DNA of 64,000 nt from Saccostrea echinata (taxonomy: Eukaryota), in assembly GCF_033153115.1 (NCBI RefSeq), contig NW_026889779.1, forward strand, positions 16,988,001 to 17,052,000, written 5' to 3'. Below, piece by piece: positions 25,501 to 37,273 of this stretch. Below the pieces are notes generated by a model. It did no database searches, was not told where the DNA came from, and saw nothing but the letters and a program-made list of their open reading frames with translations. Made by a program: the position numbers and the translations under genes. The first letter of the stretch is position 1. The number at the start of each line of letters is the position of its first letter.

Positions 25501-28500
25501 TGCTGCTTTGATCAAGTTATAATGCACAACAGGGATCCAAAATAGCTACAAAAGCAGATTGTTACTCACCGCTTTGGCCAATGTTGGCCGCCGTACATAA
25601 CTGGGCATCTTCATCTGTGTGTAGGCCGGCCTTCTTCCTTCCGCGTCGTCCCTGCTCCGAGTCCCTGAAAATATACAACTGACACAAAATTAGTACAAAT
25701 TCAAAACAATGAAACAAATCGAAGAAATTCATCAACACTACATACAACAAATTTAGTGGAAAAAGAAGCTAGTAGGTGAAGACAGTTACATGGGGAAAGG
25801 GCATAAGGGAGTTAAGGGGGTGGGGATGGTTAGTCATGTTAGATTAGGGGGAGTGGATAGGAGACAGGAAAGAGAGAGAACAGAATCAATAGAATTAATT
25901 CAAAATGCTTCTCTATTAGGCTTCCTGGTTGCGGAATTGGATCCTGCTTGCTTCCACTTCTGCTGGGCTGTGCTGGGCTCAGGTGGGCTCTGCTGGGCTG
26001 TGCTGCTTGCTGTGCATCCTGTCAATTGAGAGTCGAGAGGTCCAAGACTGATACGGTCAACATTAATCGCTAGCGAGGAAAAGATCAAGAAAGGCTACAA
26101 GAAGTCGAGTCTGAATCTTACCGCATCTTCTCATGATGGCTGCTGTTGGCATCCGGGTCGGCCAGGAACGAAAAACCTCCTCTCCTGCTAACAAAGCAAA
26201 ACCAAGACATCAAAGTTACTGCATAGAGTTATCAGAATTCAGCATATGCAAAGAGCAAAGTTAAGATGTCCGTAACACAGGCACAAAGTAATGAAAGTGG
26301 ACAGAGTGCAATGTGTGCACGTTGCAACTTACCCTCACGTCTGGGATTGGCCGCAGTCCATCACAGAACTCCTGCCGGCAGGTGACGGTCTGCTCTCTCT
26401 TCTGCGGAACCAGGCCAGTCTAACCCGTACCTGTTAACAAAGAAGTTTACAGGTCAAAACCAAAGTAACACTCCCCCAACACAGAATGAGTAACAAAAGT
26501 CCACAGAGTGCAAGATGTACAGATGGCATGTCTCATTACCTTCAATGCTTGGGTGGGCTGCAGTACATCCCTGAACTCTTTGCACTCCCTCTGGCAGGCC
26601 GAAGTGCGCACTTCATCTCGGAATCCACAACAGCCTAATCCGGAACCTGTAAACACCAAAGGTGCAGAAGTCAAAGAACTGTGCAAAGGCTGATGAAAAG
26701 ACTAGACATAGAGACAGTGCACAGAGTGCAGGGCGTGCACAATGTATCTTACCAACCTTGGCTCTGCCGCAGTTGACCTCTGAACTCTCAGCACTCTTGC
26801 TTTTCAGCTGAGGGTCTCCTCTTCAGAGCTGGAGGTAGAGGGCTGCACTACGCTGCATCTCTACGGTAGAAAGACAAGACATCAAGAGAGGTGGCGATCT
26901 TCATGCGGTGAGAATCAGAACACAAATCAAAGCAGTTAGTACAGGTTTAAACTTCAATCTTACCCTCTCTTCGATGGTTGGCTGCAGTCGATCCCTGCTC
27001 ACCAGAATGCTGCTGTACGTCACAGTGGGACTGACGCTTGCCTAACCATTTTCCTGAAACACACAGAAAGTCGGGAGGTCAAATGAGCACCCTTGCTGCT
27101 TTGATCAAGTTATAATGCACAACAGGGATCCAAAATAGCTACAAAAGCAGATTGTTACTCACCGCTTTGGCCAATGTTGGCCGCCGTACATAACTGGGCA
27201 TCTTCATCTGTGTGTAGGCCGGCCTTCTTCCTTCCGCGTCGTCCCTGCTCCGAGTCCCTGAAAATATACAACTGACACAAAATTAGTACAAATTCAAAAC
27301 AATGAAACAAATCGAAGAAATTCATCAACACTACATACAACAAATTTAGTGGAAAAAGAAGCTAGTAGGTGAAGACAGTTACATGGGGAAAGGGCATAAG
27401 GGAGTTAAGGGGGTGGGGATGGTTACTCATGTTAGATTAGGGGGAGTGGATAGGAGACAGGAAAGAGAGAGAACAGAATCAATAGAATTAATTCAAAATG
27501 CTTCTCTATTAGGCTTCCTGGTTGCGGAATTGGATCCTGCTTGCTTCCACTTCTGCTGGGCTGTGCTGGGCTCAGGTGGGCTCTGCTGGGCTGTGCTGCT
27601 TGCTGTGCATCCTGTCAATTGAGAGTCGAGAGGTCCAAGACTGATACGGTCAACATTAATTGCTAGCGAGGAAAAGATCAAGAAAGGCTACAAGAAGTCG
27701 AGTCTGAATCTTACCGCATCTTCTCATGATGGCTGCTGTTGGCATCCGGGTCGGCCAGGAACGAAAAACCTCCTCTCCTGCTAACAAAGCAAAACCAAGA
27801 CATCAAAGTTACTGCATAGAGTTATCAGAATTCAGCATATGCAAAGAGCAAAGTTAAGATGTCCGTAACACAGGCACAAAGTAATGAAAGTGGACAGAGT
27901 GCAATGTGTGCACGTTGCGACTTACCCTCACGTCTGGGATTGGCCGCAGTCCATCACAGAACTCCTGCCGGCAGGTGACGGTCTGCTCTCTCTTCTGCGG
28001 AACCAGGCCAGTCTAACCCGTACCTGTTAACAAAGAAGTTTACAGGTCAAAACCAAAGTAACACTCCCCCAACACAGAATGAGTAACAAAAGTCCACAGA
28101 GTGCAAGATGTACAGATGGCATGTCTCATTACCTTCAATGCTTGGGTGGGCTGCAGTACATCCCTGAACTCTTTGCACTCCCTCTGGCAGGCCGAAGTGC
28201 GCACTTCATCTCGGAATCCACAACAGCCTAATCCGGAACCTGTAAACACCAAAGGTGCAGAAGTCAAAGAACTGTGCAAAGGCTGATGAAAAGACTAGAC
28301 ATAGAGACAGTGCACAGAGTGCAGGGCGTGCACAATGTATCTTACCAACCTTGGCTCTGCCGCAGTTGACCTCTGAACTCTCAGCACTCTTGCTTTTCAG
28401 CTGAGGGTCTCCTCTTCAGAGCTGGAGGTAGAGGGCTGCACTACGCTGCATCTCTACGGTAGAAAGACAAGACATCAAGAGAGGTGGCGATCTTCATGCG

Positions 28501-29904
28501 GTGAGAATCAGAACACAAATCAAAGCAGTTAGTACAGGTTTAAACTTCAATCTTACCCTCTCTTCGATGGTTGGCTGCAGTCGATCCCTGCTCACCAGAA
28601 TGCTGCTGTACGTCACAGTGGGACTGACGCTTGCCTAACCATTTTCCTGAAACACACAGAAAGTCGGGAGGTCAAATGAGCACCCTTGCTGCTTTGATCA
28701 AGTTATAATGCACAACAGGGATCCAAAATAGCTACAAAAGCAGATTGTTACTCACCGCTTTGGCCAATGTTGGCCGCCGTACATAACTGGGCATCTTCAT
28801 CTGTGTGTAGGCCGGCCTTCTTCCTTCCGCGTCGTCCCTGCTCCGAGTCCCTGAAAATATACAACTGACACAAAATTAGTACAAATTCAAAACAATGAAA
28901 CAAATCGAAGAAATTCATCAACACTACATACAACAAATTTAGTGGAAAAAGAAGCTAGTAGGTGAAGACAGTTACATGGGGAAAGGGCATAAGGGAGTTA
29001 AGGGGGTGGGGATGGTTAGTCATGTTAGATTAGGGGGAGTGGATAGGAGACAGGAAAGAGAGAGAACAGAATCAATAGAATTAATTCAAAATGCTTCTCT
29101 ATTAGGCTTCCTGGTTGCGGAATTGGATCCTGCTTGCTTCCACTTCTGCTGGGCTGTGCTGGGCTCAGGTGGGCTCTGCTGGGCTGTGCTGCTTGCTGTG
29201 CATCCTGTCAATTGAGAGTCGAGAGGTCCAAGACTGATACGGTCAACATTAATCGCTAGCGAGGAAAAGATCAAGAAAGGCTACAAGAAGTCGAGTCTGA
29301 ATCTTACCGCATCTTCTCATGATGGCTGCTGTTGGCATCCGGGTCGGCCAGGAACGAAAAACCTCCTCTCCTGCTAACAAAGCAAAACCAAGACATCAAA
29401 GTTACTGCATAGAGTTATCAGAATTCAGCATATGCAAAGAGCAAAGTTAAGATGTCCGTAACACAGGCACAAAGTAATGAAAGTGGACAGAGTGCAATGT
29501 GTGCACGTTGCGACTTACCCTCACGTCTGGGATTGGCCGCAGTCCATCACAGAACTCCTGCCGGCAGGTGACGGTCTGCTCTCTCTTCTGCGGAACCAGG
29601 CCAGTCTAACCCGTACCTGTTAACAAAGAAGTTTACAGGTCAAAACCAAAGTAACACTCCCCCAACACAGAATGAGTAACAAAAGTCCACAGAGTGCAAG
29701 ATGTACAGATGGCATGTCTCATTACCTTCAATGCTTGGGTGGGCTGCAGTACATCCCTGAACTCTTTGCACTCCCTCTGGCAGGCCGAAGTGCGCACTTC
29801 ATCTCGGAACCCACAACAGCCTAATCCGGAACCTGTAAACACCAAAGGTGCAGAAGTCAAAGAGCTGTGACCTAACAGAAGAATGAAGTTGGAAGTCACT
29901 CGGA

Positions 29905-30350
29905 AGGAAAGTCAGAAAATTAGGACACATTTAAAAAGCTCCTGCTAATTTGAAATAATGTTTAGAGAAAAAATTACAAACAGATTCATCTTCTCTCTGC
30001 TAAACATAAAACAATTAGAGATATGAAGGTTAGAATTTTAATACAGTTGAATAGGTCTCATAAAGTTGTACCTGTTTTGAAGTTTAATAAAAATATGAAC
30101 ATTTTCTTTGAATCTAAGTTAAATGAAAATGGAGAATATTTTGGACAAGGTTATAGGGAATGTCAAAGTCAGAAAATTATGACACAGGTTAATAAAATTT
30201 AATAAAATGGGGAATATTGAAGTGAAGGCCATGGGAAAGGTCGAAGTTCAGAAAATAATGAGTTTAATAAAATGGGAAATATTGAGGTCAAGGCAGTAAA
30301 AGTCAAAGTTCAGAAAATAATAACACAATTCAATAAAATTGGGAAAAGCT
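29905..30350. repeat. Degenerate AT-rich short repeats next to the array end
   Basis: Recurring gtcaaagt(t)cagaaaat-a--acaca ... aataaaatggg-aatattga near 29908, 30162, 30240 and 30302. Confidence 0.6.
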
Positions 30351-30878
30351 GCTACTAATATGTATTAGTTTATGATATGATAAAAAAAAAAATTTAAAGA
30401 GTTACTTTGAAGCTGAGCTTAACACACACACACACACACAAAATGAAATGACTTTGCTCTTCTCCCTCAAAAAAAAAACCCCTCTTGTATGTTCTTAAGA
30501 GTCATTTATGAATAGAAATATATATGAAGGATTTTTTTCAGCTTCGCAAAAAAGCCCGAATCTGAAATATTTTTAGTGAGCATGAAACACTCCCGCCCTT
30601 CTGAGAAAAAAGAAATTCTGTATCTCTTCATTTTTGCTTTTTGATATTGCATGGGGATTTTGAGAAAAGGAGACATAGAAAGAGAGAAAACTAAAGTGTT
30701 GATAACATCACTTAAACACCTATTGTTATCCACTTACAGGAAAAGGTACTTTTCACAAACAAGTGGTTTTAAACTGTTTGGTCAACTGATTGTTCGCTTA
30801 ACTTTACTGTTAAACCCCACTGTAGGTTTTCCTCTTGCAACACATTTCACAGGAATAGCAAGGACTTATAATATAGAT

Positions 30879-31000
30879 ACTCACTAAAAAGAATTCCTCC
30901 GCTTTATAAGTAATTTACATCTTAAAATCTCCAAAATCAGTGAGTTAAATACTGCCCGCCATTACATTGAGAACACTGCTCAGGGTATACACCGGAAGTG
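30879..31000 (-). promoter_or_regulatory. Candidate Pol II promoter and non-coding first exon, module 1
   Basis: ETS consensus ACCGGAAGTG at 30991-31000; YY1-like ATGGCG on the minus strand at 30956-30963; donor GTGAGT at 30879-30884. Confidence 0.5.
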
Positions 31001-31306
31001 TGTTCAAATGACTTGATGAATACATTAGGGGTTAGATAGAAAAAATGAAATCTAGAATGAATATTCTTAGATATGTCAACTGTTACTCATAAAATAAGTG
31101 ATTTTTTGTTTGGGTGTGATTTTTTTTTAAATTTTGTGATCGTTGAGAGAGAGAGAGAGATTTTACAGCTGATGAAATCTTGCTTCTATGACCTTGAGTA
31201 GTAACATTGGGTACTTTTGCTTCTGTTACCTTACGGTCTCTTTTGAAGGATTGTCCTATTATTTATTCACACGAAAGATGAATATATTTAAAAAAAAAAG
31301 GGGGGG

Positions 31307-31375
31307 GTCGCATAATATTTCGTCCGCCTCGTTTAAAGGTCCGGGGGGACCTAATACGATAACACATAAGGTCCA
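31307..31375 (+). mobile_element. Solo copy of the terminal repeat of the 34038-37273 element
   Basis: gtcgcataatatttcgtccgcctcgtttaaaggtccggggggacctaatacgata matches 34044 onward. Confidence 0.7.
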
Positions 31376-31954
31376 CCAGGATATTATGTGCCTGTCAATA
31401 CATTTGAAAACATATCAATACATTTTATAATCTTTATTTACAACAATGATCAAATATGTTTAAAGATATTATTAATAAAATATTATCAATGGTTTTATGT
31501 AGACATTGGCTCTGCAAAATACAATGAAATCAGTTCAGATTCACCGGCTAAAAGATTGAATTTTTGGCGATTCATGTTTTAAAATCTTATTGACCCAGCA
31601 ACTACTAAACGCACTACCAGCATTTTGTAATTCGCTTTAAAATGAAAAGAGAAAAATGAACAGCGATTGTTTTTTTTGCCGTCTAAAACAAAAAATGTAT
31701 GTGAACTAAAAAAAAAAGAAAAGAAAAAAGAAGTTAAAAGTGTCAACATGAGAATCCACAAAACTATTCCATCAAAGCGTTAATTTGAAACTTTGGACAA
31801 ATCTCAGTTATTATCTTTATCTATAAACCGTTTACACATAAACGATCGAGCTTTCTTTACAATTTTCAATGACCACTCGTATGATTGTTCGTTTTATTTT
31901 ACGGTTAAGCCCACTAGGTTTTCTCTGTTAGCATGAAAAAAAAAATTATAAAAT

Positions 31955-32089
31955 GATTACTCAAAAAACTTTCACTTATTTTTTTTTTTTAGAAGTTAGT
32001 ATCTTGAAATCTTCAGAATAAGTGAAAACTGAAAAAAAGAAGCCCTGCTCAAATATGTAATAAGTCTACTGTTCACGATACTGGAAGTG
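31955..32089 (-). promoter_or_regulatory. Decayed paralog of the promoter module (module 2)
   Basis: ACTGGAAGTG at 32080-32089 (CpG lost); actcaa in place of actcac; shares ttagtatcttgaaa with module 3. Confidence 0.35.
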
Positions 32090-33011
32090 TACGTACGAAT
32101 GCGCATTTTGAAATAGACTTTGAGGTTAACAACATGACTTAAAATAATAAAATTACATATTTTTTTCTCTTATTAAATTTTTTTTTGGATAGGAGTTATT
32201 TGTAACTAAATCATTATAATTTTTATTAAAACCAGTCTATAAAAACGAATTCGATGTGGAGATCGACCAATATCCACAATGTAATATTGATAACTTTGTA
32301 TTTTTTTTTAAAACCTGCCACTGTAAAATACACTAAAATCCACTTAGATTCAGTAGTTGCATTGACACGCTTGAATGATTCTAGACATAATCAGATCTCG
32401 GTGTTTGGTAAACCCGCGGCAAGCTTCTGAATTCACTACTGATATTTGTAAATTGATGCAATGTTTAACATTCATAACATTCTACATGTATAAGAAAAAT
32501 AACAAAGTTGTTTTAATCTTCTACCAAAAAAAAAACAAACAAAAAAACAAAAAAAATCAAACTTTTGTGATAATAAAAGATACACGAATTGATGGCAGAA
32601 ATTCTTTCTGAAAATGTTTCTCTAGCTGACCAATGAAAACCCTTACAAGTCTTTGAAAACCACAAGAATTCTTCGATTCCAGTTTAATGTATGATTCTTT
32701 GTTAATTTCCTTGCCAGGCCCACGGTCGTACGCTGGATTACACCCCTAGCTCCCCACTTTTCTTCTGATATAATCTTTTTGCCGTTCATTTAGTTTGGAC
32801 GTTGAAAATTAATGCGAGTCCATTCCGTGAGCGTGAGCGTATTCCGTGAAGTTTATTTCAAGTACCTTTTTTAAAATTTGTTTTTCAATTTTATATATAT
32901 ATATTTCACCCGTCCATGGAACTGGCCACTCCTATATATGATTATATCATTATTATCATTTCCTATTTTACAATACATTTCATATGTAAAACAACAAATT
33001 TTACTTTAAAT

Positions 33012-33144
33012 ACTCACAAAGAATTATGTTTCTCCCCTTTATGTGCAATTAGTATCTTGAAAGAAACACATGTATCTTGAAAAGGACTGCGCGCCATTTA
33101 TACAAATATTTACTAAGAGTAGTGTTCACAACTTACCGGAAGTG
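33012..33144 (-). promoter_or_regulatory. Candidate Pol II promoter and first exon, module 3
   Basis: ACCGGAAGTG at 33135-33144; CGCCATTT (YY1-like) at 33092-33099; donor GTGAGT at 33012-33017. Confidence 0.5.
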
Positions 33145-34037
33145 TGTACGAACCTTTTAATATTATAAGATAAAATAATAAGCAAATCTGTGGCGAATAT
33201 TTGAAATTAATAAGTCATTTGTACCTTAAATAAAAATATATAAATTAATGTTTTCTTCTGTGTAAGTTTTAAGTACTGTTGTGATCAACCCGGAGAGAGA
33301 GAGAAGTACAATTAGGCCGATAGGTTACATATATACATATGTATACCTTTTATCTTAATTAAATGATGGTATTTTGACTACTTATTGTTTACTTTAAGTG
33401 TGTACAACAAACAAATGCAAGGAAAATTTCGGTCTGACGACATTTGTTCATTCAACGAATTATCTGATTTTGTAACAGACTAAAAATATTTATAATTATT
33501 ACTGATTATCTTATGATCAAAACTGTTTATATTAATGTCCTAAAAGAAAAAAAAATCACCATTGTGATAAAAGCAATCCCAATGTTACCCAATAGTAGGC
33601 CCATTCTAACGCTTAGGGGGCAAGTGGGGCGCCCCAACTTTTTTTTTTGAATATACATGTAGTCTTTTGCTATCATTTTTATATTATTTTTTTTCAATGA
33701 CGATCCCCTCCCCCTTTTTTTTTGCTGCTGCATTGTTAGAACCTCAAATTCCAGCAATTAGGGAAAATGTAACCCCCCCCCACACACACACACACAATAG
33801 GATTTTCGAGTTCGAGAAGGTAAGTTTCTTTTTTCGGCATCCCCCCTCCCCACTTTTCAAATTGATGTACGGACTTGGACATAATTTTAAAGGAAATACC
33901 CTCATTGGGATCTTGCACAATTATAACTCAATTTTTGTGAGGAAATTTAATTGTTTAAGTACCAATTAAAACCCCAAACACAAGTTCCTGTGTAAAATTC
34001 AAGTCAAGTTCTTTATTATTATCGGCTGCATGAGAGA

Positions 34038-37000
34038 CCGGTGTCGCATAATATTTGGTCCGCCTCGTTTAAAGGTCCGAGGGGACCTAATACGATAACG
34101 TATAAGGTCCGGCCTGCCTCTATAATAAAAGGTCCGCCTTCGGTTTAATATGCAGATTTTTCTCCTTTATTGATTCGAAATTAATTTGCTTTATTAATCT
34201 TTTTAAATTATTTAAGGTATAGTTGTAAGAAAAGTGTCCCTCCCAGCAAAATGGAGTTCCAGGGACGTACATGAATGTACATTGTATATATATTAAAAGG
34301 ATCAAGTCCTTTGCTGGATTTCGTTAGCCAATTTTAATTAATTATATTTCTAATACTATGATATATTTCAGTACAAAACCTCAAATTATCTATCAAAAAA
34401 TTATTCAAAATTTGATGTTAGCACTGATTAACTGTTAGCTCCTTATCGTAGTACATACCTCCCAGGTAGTGCACAAAACAAAAAATATAAAGATGCAAAG
34501 ATCTGTTGATCGAGTTACCTTATGGGAAAATCATGTACGACATGTGTCTTTTATAGTTTAAGTGATATCAATATTATCATTGCAAAATTAAAAAAAAAAT
34601 ACATATATATAATACGCATACCTTCACTGGCACATTGTTCAGTATATGGTGTTCGTAAGTCCAACAATGATCATTTCAGTACAGTCTCTTTCCTAACAAC
34701 GTTCGACTTCCACTTCCCAAAAAGAATTTTCATATCTTTCGGAAGATATTTCATTATATCATTAATAATAATTATGCATAATTCTTACGATTCATATTGT
34801 ACCTAACTATAAAATAATTGGAGGGTCACTTTGACAGGGACTTGTGTTACGGTGTACTAGCCTATCCCGTTGTTGTTAAAACAACATGTCTGTGCTTTGG
34901 GGGGTAGGCCTATTGTCTCACCTGACGAAACTTGAAGTCGCATATCCCCCGTGTTTTTATAACCATCGTTTCTTATCCAGTTAAAGACCAACGATTATTT
35001 CATTCTACTTGATATTACCCCGGGGCGGGGTTAACACTGGTTAAGGAAGATGTGCATTAATTGGCAAAATCAAACCAAAGTCAATCGAGTTGAACATTTT
35101 AAGCAATAAAACACCCCCTCCCCAAAAAAGGAAAAGATTATAAATGGTGTTGTTGTATTTTTGGTGGGTGGGGTATAGCAAAATTATGCTGATATATGTC
35201 AAATAGTTTAAAAAGTACTGATGTTGTAGACTTTCCTCCCGCATTAATATTTTTTCCCGGAAAAACGAGCTTGGGTTTAAAGACCCCTCCCCTTTTGGAA
35301 AATGAGCCTAGCATAGGTTTATTTCCGGAATTTTTTTTTTAAATATTGTTTATTTCATTCCCTACATTTTGTAGTTTTCATTTCTGACGTTTTAAAATTT
35401 TCATCTCTGACATTTATCATCATAAAGTACTTTTCCGGCAATGAAAACAAAATTGAAATTTCCCTTATAAAAAAATTAAAGAATAAATCAAGAATAATTC
35501 ATTGATTTCCAGATAATAAGTTCTGCTTATATTTAAAAGAATCTTATGACGATTTTGTCCTCGGACACATGTAAGTGTAAGTTGTGAATTTTTGTTCATC
35601 TTTTCAAATCAAGATAATCAGACTGAATTTGAGATCAGGAAGGTTTAGATAGAATTTATGACATACAGAAACTATGTTTGACGGAATAAAGTAATCAAAG
35701 TTGAGGAGATTCTGTTTTTCGGGGCTTTCAAACACATATAATTCAGTGGGCATTAAAATTTGGTGATCAAAAATTGCATGTTTTATTATTGAAATTATTG
35801 CATTTTATTACTAAACTTCGTATTTTTACTAGATTTAGTGTTGATTGTATTGTAAAATGAAAACAAAAAATGTCGGAAATGCAATGCAAAATTTCGGAAA
35901 TGACATGCAGCGAGCTTGGAAGAAACAACCCCGGCTTTATTATCCACCATAGGAAATACTCAGTACGCTTCAGTACAGAATTTTCTCCTTTTCCACCTTC
36001 TTACTAGGGAGAATCTTATCCACCCATACTGTTTACAGAGGGGTTTTACAGAGCAACTTGACATGTATTTCCCCCTAAAATAAAAAGGAAAGTGTTTGTT
36101 GAGATCGTGACTGATATAAAAATTCATAAAACACCACCAAGTCGTGTTCTTTTGTTAATATTTTTTATATTTATTTTGATTTTGGTTTAAATTAGATTTT
36201 TTTACGACTTTAAGCGGCTATTTCTTTTTTATTTATGTGTGTGTGATGGGGGGGGGGGGGGTTATTGCAGCCCGGAGAACCGGGCTGCTCTGTACATATA
36301 AGTTTAAGTGTTGGTATATGGGGATTTAGGTGGGAGAAGTTATTCAGAATTAAAGGTTTTCTAAACATTAAAAAGATTGTTAATCAGAATGTTCTTTCCC
36401 TTTATAAATTACGAGATACACAATATATTTACTTCCATAAAGTGAATCTGTAAAAATATATATGTTTTTTCATATTTAATAAATAAAGTTGCTTATAATT
36501 TACTATCGAAAAAACGACAGGTCCCTTTTTTTTTTAGAACATCGAATTTTACTTATCGCATAAAAACGTAAAAATGTACTTTACACAGTTCGTGTTTTAT
36601 ATTCTTAAAGTGAAAGACATTTTTTAAAATAGGTGATGCATGTGTCTGGTTTCAAATTATATTTTATGCAGCCAACATTTACTTGAGGAATTGATAAAGT
36701 TTAAAAGGGTATCGTTTTTGTTCGATTTTCATCCGACTACAAGTTTTCAAAATTTTCTCGACTATCGTCTCCATCATTTAGACGCATGCCTTTTTCACAT
36801 ATATCGAAGCGGTTTGATGATCAAGACTCATTTCCATTGTTTACTTTATTTATTTCCCGGGCGACAATTGATGGTTACATCAATGTTTTCTTGTAGTTCT
36901 CTTGTTGCACGTCATCAACATTACTAATTAAATGGTAATATATATCCTTGGTCCCTTCAGACAGATGTTTATGGTTGCATATAGATATACAATACAGTAG

Positions 37001-37156
37001 ACACATCTCCTGCAAACGTACATAGAGAGGATAATAAACACAACAGCTAGGGTAAATCCTTAATCTTTCTTCATATGATGTAAACAAACTCTCTTTAATT
37101 TTATGTGTTTAAGTCAAGATTAAAACATTTTGCACCACCCGGACCTATAAACTTCG

Positions 37157-37195
<39 letters not shown>

Positions 37196-37273
37196 AAGGC
37201 GGACCTTATATGATATCGTATTAGGTCCCCCCGGACCTTTAAACGAGGCGGACCTAATATTATGCGACACCGG
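34038..37273. mobile_element. Probable non-autonomous DNA transposon bounded by long inverted repeats with AAGGTCCG subrepeats
   Basis: ccggtgtcgcataatatt(t/a)ggtccgcctcgtttaaaggtccg at 34038 and its reverse complement ending at 37273. No TSD or transposase was seen. Confidence 0.55.

Larger units (their letters stand above)
1..29869. repeat. Macrosatellite-like tandem array, 1593-bp unit, ~18.75 copies in window, open at the left edge
   Basis: Every ORF in the track recurs at exactly +1593. Units start at 1, 1594, 3187 ... 28675. Only 11 distinct substitutions and no indels were seen by eye. Similarity ends at ~29869 (agagctgtg|acct vs consensus agaactgtg|caaa). Confidence 0.99.
82..30985 (-). 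ncRNA. Predicted multi-exonic long non-coding transcript running through the array (7 exon-like cassettes per unit, ~131 in window)
   Basis: Each unit has regularly spaced splice signals on the minus strand. Exons e2 and e4 have stops in all three frames. No AATAAA/ATTAAA was found on the minus strand of the unit. A candidate first exon and promoter lie at ~30885-31000. Transcription is inferred, not shown. Confidence 0.6.

Noticed and set aside
1-29869. CRISPR array, rDNA, 5S, histone or snRNA tandem cluster
   Set aside because: Units are near-identical with no unique spacers, the context is eukaryotic, and I recognised no rRNA, histone, tRNA or snRNA sequence.
1-29869. Pure assembly artefact
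   Set aside because: Shared and patterned variants, CpG-biased changes and a clean junction argue for a real array, though exact copy number needs read support.
74-29899. The five recurring 61-79 aa ORFs per unit as protein-coding genes
   Set aside because: They are short, overlap on both strands, mostly use non-ATG starts, show no domains and run across the splice signals. They recur only because the DNA is repeated.
36640-37090. Hydrophobic reading-frame fragments inside the inverted-repeat element (possible membrane-protein pseudogene)
   Set aside because: Short, interrupted and without a motif I can name; it would need a tBLASTx hit.
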